DNA of 64,000 bases, taken from NCBI GenBank assembly GCA_051313645.2, contig JBNRSN020000017.1:1612001-1676000 (forward strand), read 5' to 3'. This DNA comes from Centroscyllium fabricii. Lineage: Eukaryota. The position numbers and the translations under genes are program-made. Below, one piece after another: positions 22,637-35,800 of this stretch (positions are counted from its first letter, which is position 1; every line of letters starts with the position of its first letter). The notes below the pieces were generated by a model. The model ran no database searches and was not told the origin of the DNA. It worked only from the letters and a program-made list of their open reading frames with translations.

Positions 22637-23273
22637 CAGGTTGAGCACCGTTATACCGGCACGGGCGGGACTAGGCCCGGTTTTGCGAAAAAACCGGAAG
22701 AATGAAGTTGGCCGGTGCGCATGCGCGTAACATTGTAATCACAAAATCGCCTCCCTCTCCTTGCCACAGGATTGACAGGCTGCTTCACCAATCACAAGCC
22801 TCCTGCCACCCCGCGCCCCCCCCCCCCCAATCAAAGCAAGCTAGGCAGTACCTGTCCCCGTTTCAAGCGCAATTGGGGGCGCGTGCTAAACACCGATGTG
22901 GGGTATCTGCTCCTCATCCGACAGGTCGGAGAAGGCCTCCTCCTCGTATCCTAGCGACTCCGAGGCGCCGGAGCTCTTGGCCTCCCGAGTCCGAGTCGCT
23001 GCTGCCTTCCATGGGGTCGGCGTCTCCTGAAGCCATCGGGACGGTGAGTGTGAATGTGCCGGGATCAAAGGCTGGACTGGGCTCTGCTGCTCTCTCTCGC
23101 CTGTCATCTCCTGTCTGTCTGCTCGCCCAGACTGCCCTGCGCCTGCGCAAAATGGGTGCCGCGATCGAGGCTTCGGCGAATAATCTGCGCATGCGCCGGG
23201 CAGTCGGGGCGATTTGTGCCGGACGACTGAAGTTGCCGGCTTTTCGGTTGCCCGATTAACGGTGCTCAACCTG
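22637..23273. mobile_element. 637-bp non-autonomous Tc1/mariner-superfamily (pogo/Tigger-like) DNA transposon, MITE
   Basis: Perfect 17-bp TIRs CAGGTTGAGCACCGTTA (22637-22653) and TAACGGTGCTCAACCTG (23257-23273), with TA on both sides (22635-36, 23274-75). No transposase. Confidence 0.92.
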
Positions 23274-23353
23274 TAGTGGATATTAGCTGGGAACTGGGCT
23301 CAATGGAATGAAAGCTTGTCTGGGGCTTTGAGTTAGGGTTACTGAACTCGCCA

Positions 23354-23605
23354 CAGATACCCCAGACACCGAGCCGCAGATTCCCCAGACACCGAGCCGC
23401 AGATTCCCCAGACACCGAGCCGCAGATTCCCCAGACACCGAGCCGCAGATTCCCCAGACACCGAGCCGCAGATTCCCCAGACACCGAGCCGCAGATTCCC
23501 CAGACACCGAGCCGCAGATTCCCCAGACACCGAGCCGCAGATTCCCCAGACACCGAGCCGCAGATTCCCCAGACACCGAGCCGCAGATTCCCCAGACACC
23601 GAGCC
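23354..23605 (+). repeat. 23-bp minisatellite (CCCAGACACCGAGCCGCAGATTC) x ~11
   Basis: Essentially perfect tandem copies. Confidence 0.97.
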
Positions 23606-23880
23606 TGTTGCAGGGGACAGGCAGAGATTAGTATTTGAGCTGGAGAAGGTTGTTGATGTTGGGGTCTATCAGTTAGATCACTATGTGTTGCAGTGCATTG
23701 GAGCTTACAGGATTTCTCAAGAAGCGGTGCCCCTGGAAGGAGAATGCTGTGCGGGAGTCTGGGGACTGTTAGTTGGGGCAGTTCTAAACTTTAACTTGAG
23801 CTGTCTGGCTAATGGCACTTTTACTGAGGTGACTGGGTTTGTGTGTTGCCCTTCCATTCCAACCCGTTCCTGATTTACTA

Positions 23881-26800
23881 CTCGGGATAGTGAGGATTGC
23901 AGCTCGGGATAGTGAGGATTGCAGCTCGGGATAGTGAGGATTGCAGCTCGGGATAGTGAGGATTACAGCTCGGGATAGTGAAGATTGATTGCAGCTCGGG
24001 ATAGTGAGGATTGCAGCTCGGGATAGTGAGGATTGCAGCTCGGGATAGTGAGGATTGCAGCTCGGGATAGCGAGGATTACAGCTCGGGATAGTGAGGATT
24101 GCAGCTCGGGATAGTGAGGATTGCAGCTCGGGATAGTGAGGATTGCAGCTCGCGATAGTGAGGATTGCAGCTCGCGATAGTGAGGATTGCAGCTCAGGAC
24201 AGTGAGGATTACATTCGGGAAAGTGAGGATTGCAGCTCGGGATAGTGAGGATTACATTCGGGATAGTGAGGATTGCAGCTCGGGATAGTGAGGATTGCAG
24301 CTCGGGATAGTGAGGATTGCAGCTCGGGATAGTGAGGATTGCAGTTCGGGATACTGAGGATTGCAGCTCGGGATAGTGAGGATTGCAGCTCGGGATAGTG
24401 AGGATTGCAGCTCGGGATAGTGAGGATTGCAGCTCGGGATAGTGAGGATTGCAGCTCGGGATAGTGAGGATTGCAGCTCGGGTAGTGAGGATTACATTCG
24501 GGATAGTGAGGATTGCAGCTCGGGATAGTGAGGAGTGCAGCTCGGGATAGTGAGGATTGCAGCTCGGGATAGTGAGGATTACAGCTCGGATAGTGACGAT
24601 TGCAGCTCGGGATCGTGAGGATTGCAGCTCGGGATCGTGAGGATTGCAGCTCGGGATAGTGAGGATTGCAGCTCGGGATAGTGAGGATTGCAGTTCGGGA
24701 TAGTGAGGATTGCAGTTCGGGATAGTGAGGATTGCAGCTCGGGATAGTGAGGATTGCAGCTCGGGATAGTGAGGATTACAGCTCGGGATAGTGAGGATTG
24801 CAGCTCGGATAGTGAGGATTGCAGCTCGGGATAGTGAGGATTGCAGCTCGGGATAGTGAGGATTACAGCTCGGGATAGTGAGGATTACAGCTCGGGATAG
24901 TGAAGATTGCAGCTCGGGATAGTGAGGATTGCAGCTCGGGATAGTGAAGATTGCAGCTCGGGATAGTGAGGATTGATTGCAGCTCGGGATAGTGAGGATT
25001 GATTGCAGCTCAGGATAGTGAGGATTACAGCTCGGGATAGTGAGGATTGCAGCTCGGGATAATGAGGATTGCAGCTCGGGATAGTGAGGATTGATTGCAG
25101 CTCGGGATAGTGAGGATTGCAGCTCGGGATAGTGAGGAGTGCAGCTCGGGATAGTGAGGATTGCACCTCGGGATAGTGAGGATTGCAGCTCGGGATAGTG
25201 AAGATTGCAGCTCGGGATAGTGAGGATTGCAGCTCGGGATAGTGAGGATTGCAGCTCGGGATAGTGAGGATTGCACCTCGGGATAGTGAGGATTGCAGCT
25301 CGTGATAGTGAGGATTGCAGCTCGGGAGAGTGAGGATTGCAGCTCGGGAGAGTGAGGATTGCAGCTCGAGATTGTGAAGATTGCAGCTCGGGATAGTGAA
25401 GATTGCAGCTCGGGATAGTGAGGATTGCAGCTCGGGATAGTGAGGATTGCAGCTCGGGATAGTGAGGATTGCAGCTCGGGATAGTGAGGATTGCAGCTCG
25501 GGATAGTGAGGATTGCAGCTCGGGATAGTGAGGATTGCAGCTCGGGATAGTGAAGATTACAGCTCGGGATAGTGAGGATTACAGCGCGGGATAGTGAGGA
25601 TTGCAGCTCGGGATAGTGAGGATTGCAGCTCGGGATAGTGACGATTGCAGCTCGGGATAGTGAGGAATGCAGCTCAGGATAGTGAGGATTACAGTGCGGG
25701 ATAGTGAGGAGTGCAGCTCAGGATAGTGAGGATTACAGCTCGAGATAGTGAGGATTGCAGCTCGGGATAGTGAGGATTGCAGCTCGGGATAGTGAGGAAT
25801 GCAGCTCAGGGATAGTGAGGATTACAGCTCAGGAGAGTGAGGATTGCAGCTCGGGAGAGTGAGGATTGCAGCTCGGGAGAGTGAGGATTGCAGCTCGGGA
25901 GAGTGAGGATTGCAGCTCGGGAGAGTGAGGATTGCAGCTCGGGATTGTGAAGATTGCAGCTCGTGATAGTGAGGATTGCAGCTCGGGATAGTGAGGATTG
26001 CAGCTCGGGATAGTGAGCATTGCAGCTCGGGATAGTGAGGATTGCAGCTCGGGATAGTGAGGAGTGCAGCTCGGGATAGTGAGGATTAAAGCTCGGGATA
26101 GTGAGGATTGATTGCAGCTCGGGATAGTGAGGATTGATTGCAGCTCGGGATAGTGAGAATTACAGTGCGGGATAGTGAGGATTGCAGCTCGGATAGTGAG
26201 GATTGCAGCTCGGATAGTGACGATTACAGCTCGGGATAGTGAGGATTGCAGCTCGGGATTGTGAAGATTGCAGCTCGTGATAGTGAGGATTGCAGCTCGG
26301 GATAGTGAGGATTGCAGCTCGGGATAGTGAGGATTGCAGCTCGGATAGTGAGGATTACAGCTCGGGATAGTGAGGATTACAGCTCGGGATAGTGAGGATT
26401 GCAGCTCGGGATAGTGAGGATTGCAGCTCGGGATAGTGAGGATTGCAGCTCGGATAGTGAGGATTACAGCTCGGGATAGTGAGGATTACAGCTCGGGATA
26501 GTGAGGATTGCAGCTCGGGATAGTGAGGATTGCAGCTCGGGATAGTGAGGAATGCAGCTCAGGATAGTGAGGATTACAGCTCGGGAGAGTGAGGATTGCA
26601 GCTCGGGAGAGAGGATTGCAGCTCGGGAGAGTGAGGATTGCAGCTCGGGAGAGTGAGGATTGCAGCTCGGGATAGTGAGGATTGCAGCTCGGGATTGTGA
26701 TGATTGCAGCTCGGGATAGTGAGGATTGCAGCTCGGGATAGTGAGGATTGCAGCTCGGGATAGTGAGCATTGCAGCTCGGGAGAGTGAGGATTGCAGCTC

Positions 26801-29800
26801 GGGAGAGTGATGATTGCAGCTCGGGAGAGTGAGGATTGCAGCTCGGGAGAGTGAGGATTGCAGCTCGGGAGAGTGAGGATTGCAGCTCGGGAGAGTGAGG
26901 ATTGCAGCTCGGGATAGTGAAGATTGCAGCTCGGGATTGTGATGATTGCAGCTCGGGATTGTGATGATTGCAGCTCGTGATAGTGAGGATTGCAGCTCGG
27001 AATAGTGAGGATTGCAGCTCGGGATAGTGAGGATTGCAGCTCGGGATAGTGAGGAGTGCAGCTCGGGATAGTGAGGATTAAAGCTCGGGATAGTGAGGAT
27101 TGATTGCAGCTCGGGATAGTGAGGATTGATTGCAGCTCGGGATAGTGAGAATTACAGTGCGGGATAGTGAGGATTGCAGCTCGGATAGTGACGATTACAG
27201 CTCGGGATAGTGAGGATTGCAGCTCGGGATTGTGAAGATTGCAGCTCGTGATAGTGAGGATTGCAGCTCGGGATAGTGACGATTACAGCTCGGGATAGTG
27301 AGGATTGCAGCTCGGGATTGTGAAGATTGCAGCTCGTGATAGTGAGGATTGCAGCTCGGGATAGTGAGGATTGCAGCGCGGGATAGTGAGGATTGCAGCT
27401 CGGGATAGTGAGGATTGCAGCTCGGATAGTGAGGATTACAGCTCGGGATAGTGAGGATTACAGCTCGGGATAGTGAGGATTACAGCTCGGGATAGTGAGG
27501 ATTGCAGCTCGGGATAGTGAGGATTGCAGCTCGGGATAGTGACGAATGCAGCTCGGGATAGTGAGGATTACAGCTCGGGAGAGTGAGGATTGCAGCTCGG
27601 GAGAGTGAGGATTGCAGCTCGGGATAGTGAGGATTGCAGCTCGGGATTGTGATGATTGCAGCTCGGGATAGTGAGGATTGCAGCTCGGGATAGTGAGCAT
27701 TGCAGCTCGGGATAGTGAGCATTGCAGCTCGGGAGAGTGAGGATTGCAGCTCGGGAGAGTGAGGATTGCAGCTCGGGAGAGTGAGGATTGCAGCTCGGGA
27801 GAGTGAGGATTGCAGCTCGGGAGAGTGAGGATTGCAGCTCGGGATAGTGAGGATTGCAGCTCGGGATTGTGAGGATTGCAGCTCGGGATAGTGAGGATTG
27901 CAGCTCGGGATAGTGAGGATTGCAGCTCGGGATAGTGAGGATTGCAGCTCGGGATAGTGAGGATTGCAGCTCGGGATAGTGAGGATTGCAGCTCGGGATA
28001 GTGAGGATTGCAGCTCGGGATAGTGAGGATTACAGCGCGGGATAGTGAGGATTGCAGCTCGGGATAGTGAGGATTGCAGCTCGGGATAGTGAGGATTGCA
28101 GCTCGGGATAGTTAGGATTGCAGCTCGGGATAGTGAGGAATGCAGCTCGGGATAACGAGCATTGCAGCTCGGGAGAGTGAGGATTGCAGCTCGGGAGAGT
28201 GAGGATTGCAGCTCGGGAGAGTGAGGATTGCAGCACGGGAGAGTGAGGATTGCAGCTTGGGAGAGTGAGGATTGCAGCTCGGGAGAGTGAGGATTTCAGC
28301 TCGGGATTGTGAAGATTGCAGCTCGTGATAGTGAGGATTGCAGCTCGGGATAGTGAGGATTGCAGCTCGGGATAGTGAGGATTGCAGCTCGGGATAGTGA
28401 GGATTGCAGCTCGGGATAGTGAGGATTGCAGCTCGGGATAGTGAGGATTGCAGCTCGGGATAGTGATGATTGCAGCTCGGGATAGTGAGGATTGCAGCTC
28501 GGGATAGTGAGGATTGCAGCTCGGGATAGTGATGATTGCAGCTCGGGAGAGTGAGGATTGCAGCTCTGGATAGTGAGGATTACATTCGGGATAGTGAAGA
28601 TTGCAGCTTGGGATAGTGAGGAGTGCAGCTCGGGATAGTGAGGATTGCAGCTCGGGATAGTGAGGATTGCAGCTCGGGATAGTGAGGATTGCAGCTCGGG
28701 ATAGTGAGGATTGCAGCTCGGGATAGTGAGGATTGCAGCTCGGGATAGTGAGGATTGCAGCTCGGGATAGTGAGGATTGCAGCTCGGGATAGTGAGGAAT
28801 GCAGCTCGGGATAGTGAGGATTGCAGCTCGGGATAGTGAGCATTGCAGCTCGGGAGAGTGAGGATTGCAGCTCGGGAGAGTGAGGATTGCAGCTCGGGAG
28901 AGTGAGGATTGCAGCTCGGGAGAGTGAGGATTGCAGCTCGGGAGAGTGAGGATTGCAGCTCGGGAGAGTGAGGATTGCAGCTCGGGAGAGTGAGGATTGC
29001 AGCTCGGGAGAGTGAGGATTGCAGCTCGGGAGAGTGAGGATTGCAGCTCGGGAGAGTGAGGATTGCAGCTCGGGAGAGTGAGGATTGCAGCTCGGGAGAG
29101 TGAGGATTGCAGCTCGGGAGAGTGAGGATTGCAGCTCGGGAGAGTGAGGATTGCAGCTCGGGAGAGTGAGGATTGCAGCTCGGTAGAGTGAGGATTGCAG
29201 CTCGGGATAGTGAGCATTGCAGCTCGGGATAGTGAGGATTGCAGCTCGGGATAGTGAGGATTGCAGCTCGGGATAGTGAGGATTGCAGCTCGGGATAGTG
29301 AGGATTGCAGCTCGGGATAGTGAGGATTGCAGCTCGCGATAGTGAGGATTGCAGCTCGGGATAGTGAGGATTGCAGCTCGGGATAGTGAGGATTGCAGCT
29401 CGGGATAGTGAGGATTGCAGCTCGGGATAGTGAGGATTGCAGCTCGGGATAGTGAGGATTGCAGCTCGGGATAGTGAGGATTGCAGCTCGGGATAGTGAG
29501 GATTGCAGCTCGGGATAGTGAGGATTGCAGCTCGCGATAGTGAGGGTTGCAGCTCGGGATAGTGAGGATTGCAGCTCGGGATAGTGAGGATTGCAGCTCG
29601 GGATAGTGAAGATTGCAGCTCGGGATAGTGAGGATTGCAGCTCGGGATAGTGAGGATTGCAGCTCGGGATAGTGAGGATTACAGCTCGGGATAACGAGGA
29701 TTACAGCTCGGGATAGTGAGGATCGCAGCTGGGGATAGTGAAGATCGCAGCTCGGGATAGTGAGGATCGCAGCTCGGGATAGTGAGGATCGCAGCTCGGG

Positions 29801-32800
29801 ATAGTGAGGATCGCAGCTCGGGATAGTGAGGATCGCAGCTCGGGATAGTGAGGATCGCAGCTCGGGATAGTGAGGATCGCAGCTCGGGATAGTGAGGATC
29901 GCAGCTCGGGAGAGTGAGGATTGCAGCTCGGGAGAGTGAGGATTGCAGCTCGGGAGAGTGAGGATTGCAGCTCGGGAGAGTGAGGATTGCAGCACGGGAG
30001 AGTGAGGATTGCAGCTTGGGAGAGTGAGAATTGCAGCTCGGGAGAGTGAGGATTTCAGCTCGGGATTGTGAAGATTGCAGCTCGTGATAGTGAGGATTGC
30101 AGCTCGGGATAGTGAGGATTGCAGCTCGGGATAGTGAGGATTGCAGCTCGGGATAGTGAGGATTGCAGCTCGGGATAGTGAGGATTGCAGCTCGGGATAG
30201 TGAGGATTGCAGCTCGGGATAGTGATGATTGCAGCTCGGGATAGTGAGGATTGCAGCTCGGGATAGTGAGGATTGCAGCTCGGGATAGTGATGATTGCAG
30301 CTCGGGAGAGTGAGGATTGCAGCTCTGGATAGTGAGGATTACATTCGGGATAGTGAAGATTGCAGCTTGGGATAGTGAGGAGTGCAGCTCGGGATAGTGA
30401 GGATTGCAGCTCGGGATAGTGAGGATTGCAGCTCGGGATAGTGAGGATTGCAGCTCGGGATAGTGAGGATTGCAGCTCGGGATAGTGAGGATTGCAGCTC
30501 GGGATAGTGAGGATTGCAGCTCGGGATAGTGAGGATTGCAGCTCGGGATAGTGAGGATTGCAGCTCGGGATAGTGAGGAATGCAGCTCGGGATAGTGAGG
30601 ATTGCAGCTCGGGATAGTGAGCATTGCAGCTCGGGAGAGTGAGGATTGCAGCTCGGGAGAGTGAGGATTGCAGCTCGGGAGAGTGAGGATTGCAGCTCGG
30701 GAGAGTGAGGATTGCAGCTCGGGAGAGTGAGGATTGCAGCTCGGGAGAGTGAGGATTGCAGCTCGGGAGAGTGAGGATTGCAGCTCGGGAGAGTGAGGAT
30801 TGCAGCTCGGGAGAGTGAGGATTGCAGCTCGGGAGAGTGAGCATTGCAGCTCGGGAGAGTGAGGATTGCAGCTCGGGAGAGTGAGGATTGCAGCTCGGGA
30901 GAGTGAGGATTGCAGCTCGGGAGAGTGAGGATTGCAGCTCGGTAGAGTGAGGATTGCAGCTCGGGATAGTGAGCATTGCAGCTCGGGATAGTGAGGATTG
31001 CAGCTCGGGATAGTGAGGATTGCAGCTCGGGATAGTGAGGATTGCAGCTCGGGATAGTGAGGATTGCAGCTCGGGATAGTGAGGATTGCAGCTCGCGATA
31101 GTGAGGATTGCAGCTCGGGATAGTGAGGATTGCAGCTCGGGATAGTGAGGATTGCAGCTCGGGATAGTGAGGATTGCAGCTCGGGATAGTGAGGATTGCA
31201 GCTCGGGATAGTGAGGATTGCAGCTCGGGATAGTGAGGATTGCAGCTCGGGATAGTGAGGATTGCAGCTCGCGATAGTGAGGATTGCAGCTCGGGATAGT
31301 GAGGATTGCAGCTCGGGATAGTGAGGATTGCAGCTCGGGATAGTGAGGATTGCAGCTCGGGATAGTGAGGATTGCAGCTCGGGATAGTGAGGATTGCAGC
31401 TCGGGATAGTGAGGATTGCAGCTCGGGATAGTGAGGATTGCAGCTCGGGATAGTGAGGATTGCAGCTCGGGATAGTGAGGATTGCAGCTCGCGATAGTGA
31501 GGGTTGCAGCTCGGGATAGTGAGGATTGCAGCTCGGGATAGTGAGGATTGCAGCTCGGGATAGTGAAGATTGCAGCTCGGGATAGTGAGGATTGCAGCTC
31601 GGGATAGTGAGGATTGCAGCTCGGGATAGTGAGGATTACAGCTCGGGATAACGAGGATTACAGCTCGGGATAGTGAGGATCGCAGCTGGGGATAGTGAAG
31701 ATCGCAGCTCGGGATAGTGAGGATCGCAGCTCGGGATAGTGAGGATCGCAGCTCGGGATAGTGAGGATCGCAGCTCGGGATAGTGAGGATCGCAGCTCGG
31801 GATAGTGAGGATCGCAGCTCGGGATAGTGAGGATCGCAGCTCGGGATAGTGAGGATCGCAGCTCGGGAGAGTGAGGATCGCAGCTCGGGAGAGTGAGGAT
31901 TGCAGCTCGGGAGAGTGAGGATTGCAGCTCGGGAGAGTGAGGATTGCAGCACGGGAGAGTGAGGATTGCAGCTTGGGAGAGTGAGGATTGCAGCTCGGGA
32001 GAGTGAGGATTTCAGCTCGGGATTGTGAAGATTGCAGCTCGTGATAGTGAGGATTGCAGCTCGGGATAGTGAGGATTGCAGCTCGGGATAGTGAGGATTG
32101 CAGCTCGGGATAGTGAGGATTGCAGCTCGGGATAGTGAGGATTGCAGCTCGGGATAGTGAGGATTGCAGCTCGGGATAGTGATGATTGCAGCTCGGGATA
32201 GTGAGGATTGCAGCTCGGGATAGTGAGGATTGCAGCTCGGGATAGTGATGATTGCAGCTCGGGAGAGTGAGGATTGCAGCTCTGGATAGTGAGGATTACA
32301 TTCGGGATAGTGAAGATTGCAGCTTGGGATAGTGAGGAGTGCAGCTCGGGATAGTGAGGATTGCAGCTCGGGATAGTGAGGATTGCAGCTCGGGATAGTG
32401 AGGATTGCAGCTCGGGATAGTGAGGATTGCAGCTCGGGATAGTGAGGATTGCAGCTCGGGATAGTGAGGATTGCAGCTCGGGATAGTGAGGATTGCAGCT
32501 CGGGATAGTGAGGATTGCAGCTCGGGATAGTGAGGAATGCAGCTCGGGATAGTGAGGATTGCAGCTCGGGATAGTGAGCATTGCAGCTCGGGAGAGTGAG
32601 GATTGCAGCTCGGGAGAGTGAGGATTGCAGCTCGGGAGAGTGAGGATTGCAGCTCGGGAGAGTGAGGATTGCAGCTCGGGAGAGTGAGGATTGCAGCTCG
32701 GGATAGTGATGATTGCAGCTCGGGAGAGTGAGGATTGCAGCTCTGGATAGTGAGGATTACATTCGGGATAGTGAAGATTGCAGCTTGGGATAGTGAGGAG

Positions 32801-35800
32801 TGCAGCTCGGGATAGTGAGGATTGCAGCTCGGGATAGTGAGGATTGCAGCTCGGGATAGTGAGGATTGCAGCTCGGGATAGTGAGGATTGCAGCTCGGGA
32901 TAGTGAGGATTGCAGCTCGGGATAGTGAGGATTGCAGCTCGGGATAGTGAGGATTGCAGCTCGGGATAGTGAGGATTGCAGCTCGGGATAGTGAGGAATG
33001 CAGCTCGGGATAGTGAGGATTGCAGCTCGGGATAGTGAGCATTGCAGCTCGGGAGAGTGAGGATTGCAGCTCGGGAGAGTGAGGATTGCAGCTCGGGAGA
33101 GTGAGGATTGCAGCTCGGGAGAGTGAGGATTGCAGCTCGGGAGAGTGAGGATTGCAGCTCGGGAGAGTGAGGATTGCAGCTCGGGAGAGTGAGGATTGCA
33201 GCTCGGGAGAGTGAGGATTGCAGCTCGGGAGAGTGAGGATTGCAGCTCGGGAGAGTGAGGATTGCAGCTCGGGAGAGTGAGGATTGCAGCTCGGGAGAGT
33301 GAGGATTGCAGCTCGGGAGAGTGAGGATTGCAGCTCGGGAGAGTGAGGATTGCAGCTCGGTAGAGTGAGGATTGCAGCTCGGGATAGTGAGCATTGCAGC
33401 TCGGGATAGTGAGGATTGCAGCTCGGGATAGTGAGGATTGCAGCTCGGGATAGTGAGGATTGCAGCTCGGGATAGTGAGGATTGCAGCTCGGGATAGTGA
33501 GGATTGCAGCTCGCGATAGTGAGGATTGCAGCTCGGGATAGTGAGGATTGCAGCTCGGGATAGTGAGGATTGCAGCTCGGGATAGTGAGGATTGCAGCTC
33601 GGGATAGTGAGGATTGCAGCTCGGGATAGTGAGGATTGCAGCTCGGGATAGTGAGGATTGCAGCTCGGGATAGTGAGGATTGCAGCTCGGGATAGTGAGG
33701 ATTGCAGCTCGCGATAGTGAGGGTTGCAGCTCGGGATAGTGAGGATTGCAGCTCGGGATAGTGAGGATTGCAGCTCGGGATAGTGAAGATTGCAGCTCGG
33801 GATAGTGAGGATTGCAGCTCGGGATAGTGAGGATTGCAGCTCGGGATAGTGAGGATTACAGCTCGGGATAACGAGGATTACAGCTCGGGATAGTGAGGAT
33901 CGCAGCTGGGGATAGTGAAGATCGCAGCTCGGGATAGTGAGGATCGCAGCTCGGGATAGTGAGGATCGCAGCTCGGGATAGTGAGGATCGCAGCTCGGGA
34001 TAGTGAGGATCGCAGCTCGGGATAGTGAGGATCGCAGCTCGGGATAGTGAGGATCGCAGCTCGGGATAGTGAGGATCGCAGCTCGGGATAGCGAGGATCG
34101 CAGCTCGGGATAGCGAGGATCGCAGCTCGGGATAGCGAGGATCTCAGCACGGGATAGTGAGGATTGCAGCTCGGGATAGTGAGGATTACAGTGCGGGATA
34201 GTGAGGATTGCAGCTCGGGATAGTGAGGACTGCAGCTCAGGATAGTGAGGAGTGCAGCTCGGGATAGTGAGGATTGCAGCTCGGGATAGTGAGGATTACA
34301 TTCGGGATAGTGAGGATTGCAGCTCGGATAGTGAGGATTGCAGCTCGGATAGTGAGGATTACATTCGGGATAGTGAAGATTGCAGCTCGGGATAGTGAGG
34401 ATTGCAGCTCGGGATAGTGAGGATTGCAGCTCGGGATAGTGAGGATTGATTGCAGCTCGGGATAGTGAGGATTGCAGCGTGGGATAGTGAGGATTGCAGC
34501 TCGGGATAGTGAGGATTGCAGCTCGGGATAGTGAGGATTACAGCTCGGGATAGTGAGGATTGCAGCTCGGGATAGTGAGGATTGCAGCTCGGGATAGTGA
34601 GGATTGCAGCTCGGGATAGTGAGGATTGCAGCTGGGGATAGTGAGGATTGATTGCAGCTCGGGATAGTGAGGATTGCAGCTCAGGATAGTGAGGATTGCA
34701 GCTCGGATAGTGAGGATTGCAGCTCGGGATAGTGAGGATTGATTGCAGCTCAGGATAGTGAGGATTGCAGCTCGGGATAGTGAGGATTGCAGCGTGGGAT
34801 AGTGAGGATTGCAGCGCGGGATAGTGAGGATTGCAGCTCGGGATAGTGAGGATTGCAGCTCGGATAGTGAGGATTACAGCTCGGGATAGTGAGGATTACA
34901 GCTCGGGATAGTGAGGATTGCAGCTCGGGATAGTGAGGATTGCAGCTCGGGATAGTGAGGATTGCAGCTCGGGATAGTGAGGATTGCAGCTCGGGATAGT
35001 GAGGATTGCAGCTCGGGATAGTGAGGATTGCAGCTCGGGATAGTGAGGATTGCAGCTCGGGATAGTGAGGATTGCAGCTCGGGATAGTGAGGATTGCAGC
35101 TCGGGATAGTGAGGATTGCAGCTCGGGATAGTGAGGAATGCAGCTCGGGATAGTGAGGATTGCAGCTCGGGATAGTGAGGATTGCAGCTCCGGATAGTGA
35201 GGATTGCAGCTCGGATAGTGAGGATTGCAGCTCGGGATAGTGAGGAATGCAGCTCAGGGATAGTGAGGATTGCAGCTCAGGATAGTGAGGATTGCAGCTC
35301 GGGATAGTGAGGATTGCAGCTCGCGATAGTGAGGATTGCAGCTCGGGAGAGTGAGGATTGCAGCTCGGGAGAGCGAGGATTGCAGCTCGGGATAGTGAGG
35401 ATTGCAGCTCGGGATAGTGAAGATTGCAGCTCGGGATAGTGAAGATTGCAGCTCGGGATAGTGAGGATTGCAGCTCGGGATAGTGAGGATTGCAGCTCGG
35501 GATAGTGAGGATTACAGCTCGGGATAGTGAGGATTGCAGCTCGGGATAGCGAAGATTGCAGCTCGGGATAGTCAGGATTGCAGCTCGGGATAGTGAGGAT
35601 TGCAGCTCGGGATAGTCAGGATTGCAGCTCGGGATAGTGAGGATTGCAGCTCGGGATAGTGAGGATTGCAGCTCGGGATAGTGAGGGTTACAGCTCGCGA
35701 TAGTGAGGATTGCAGCTCGGGATAGTGAGGATTGCAGCTCGGGATAGTGAGGATTGCAGCTCGGGATAGTCAGGATTGCAGCTCGGGTTAGTGAGGATTG

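Noticed and set aside
22702-23269. 185-aa and 127-aa ORFs as a transposase or as the neighbouring gene COPRS
   Set aside because: No HTH or DDE motifs and no similarity I can recognise. Long ORFs are expected by chance in GC-rich sequence.
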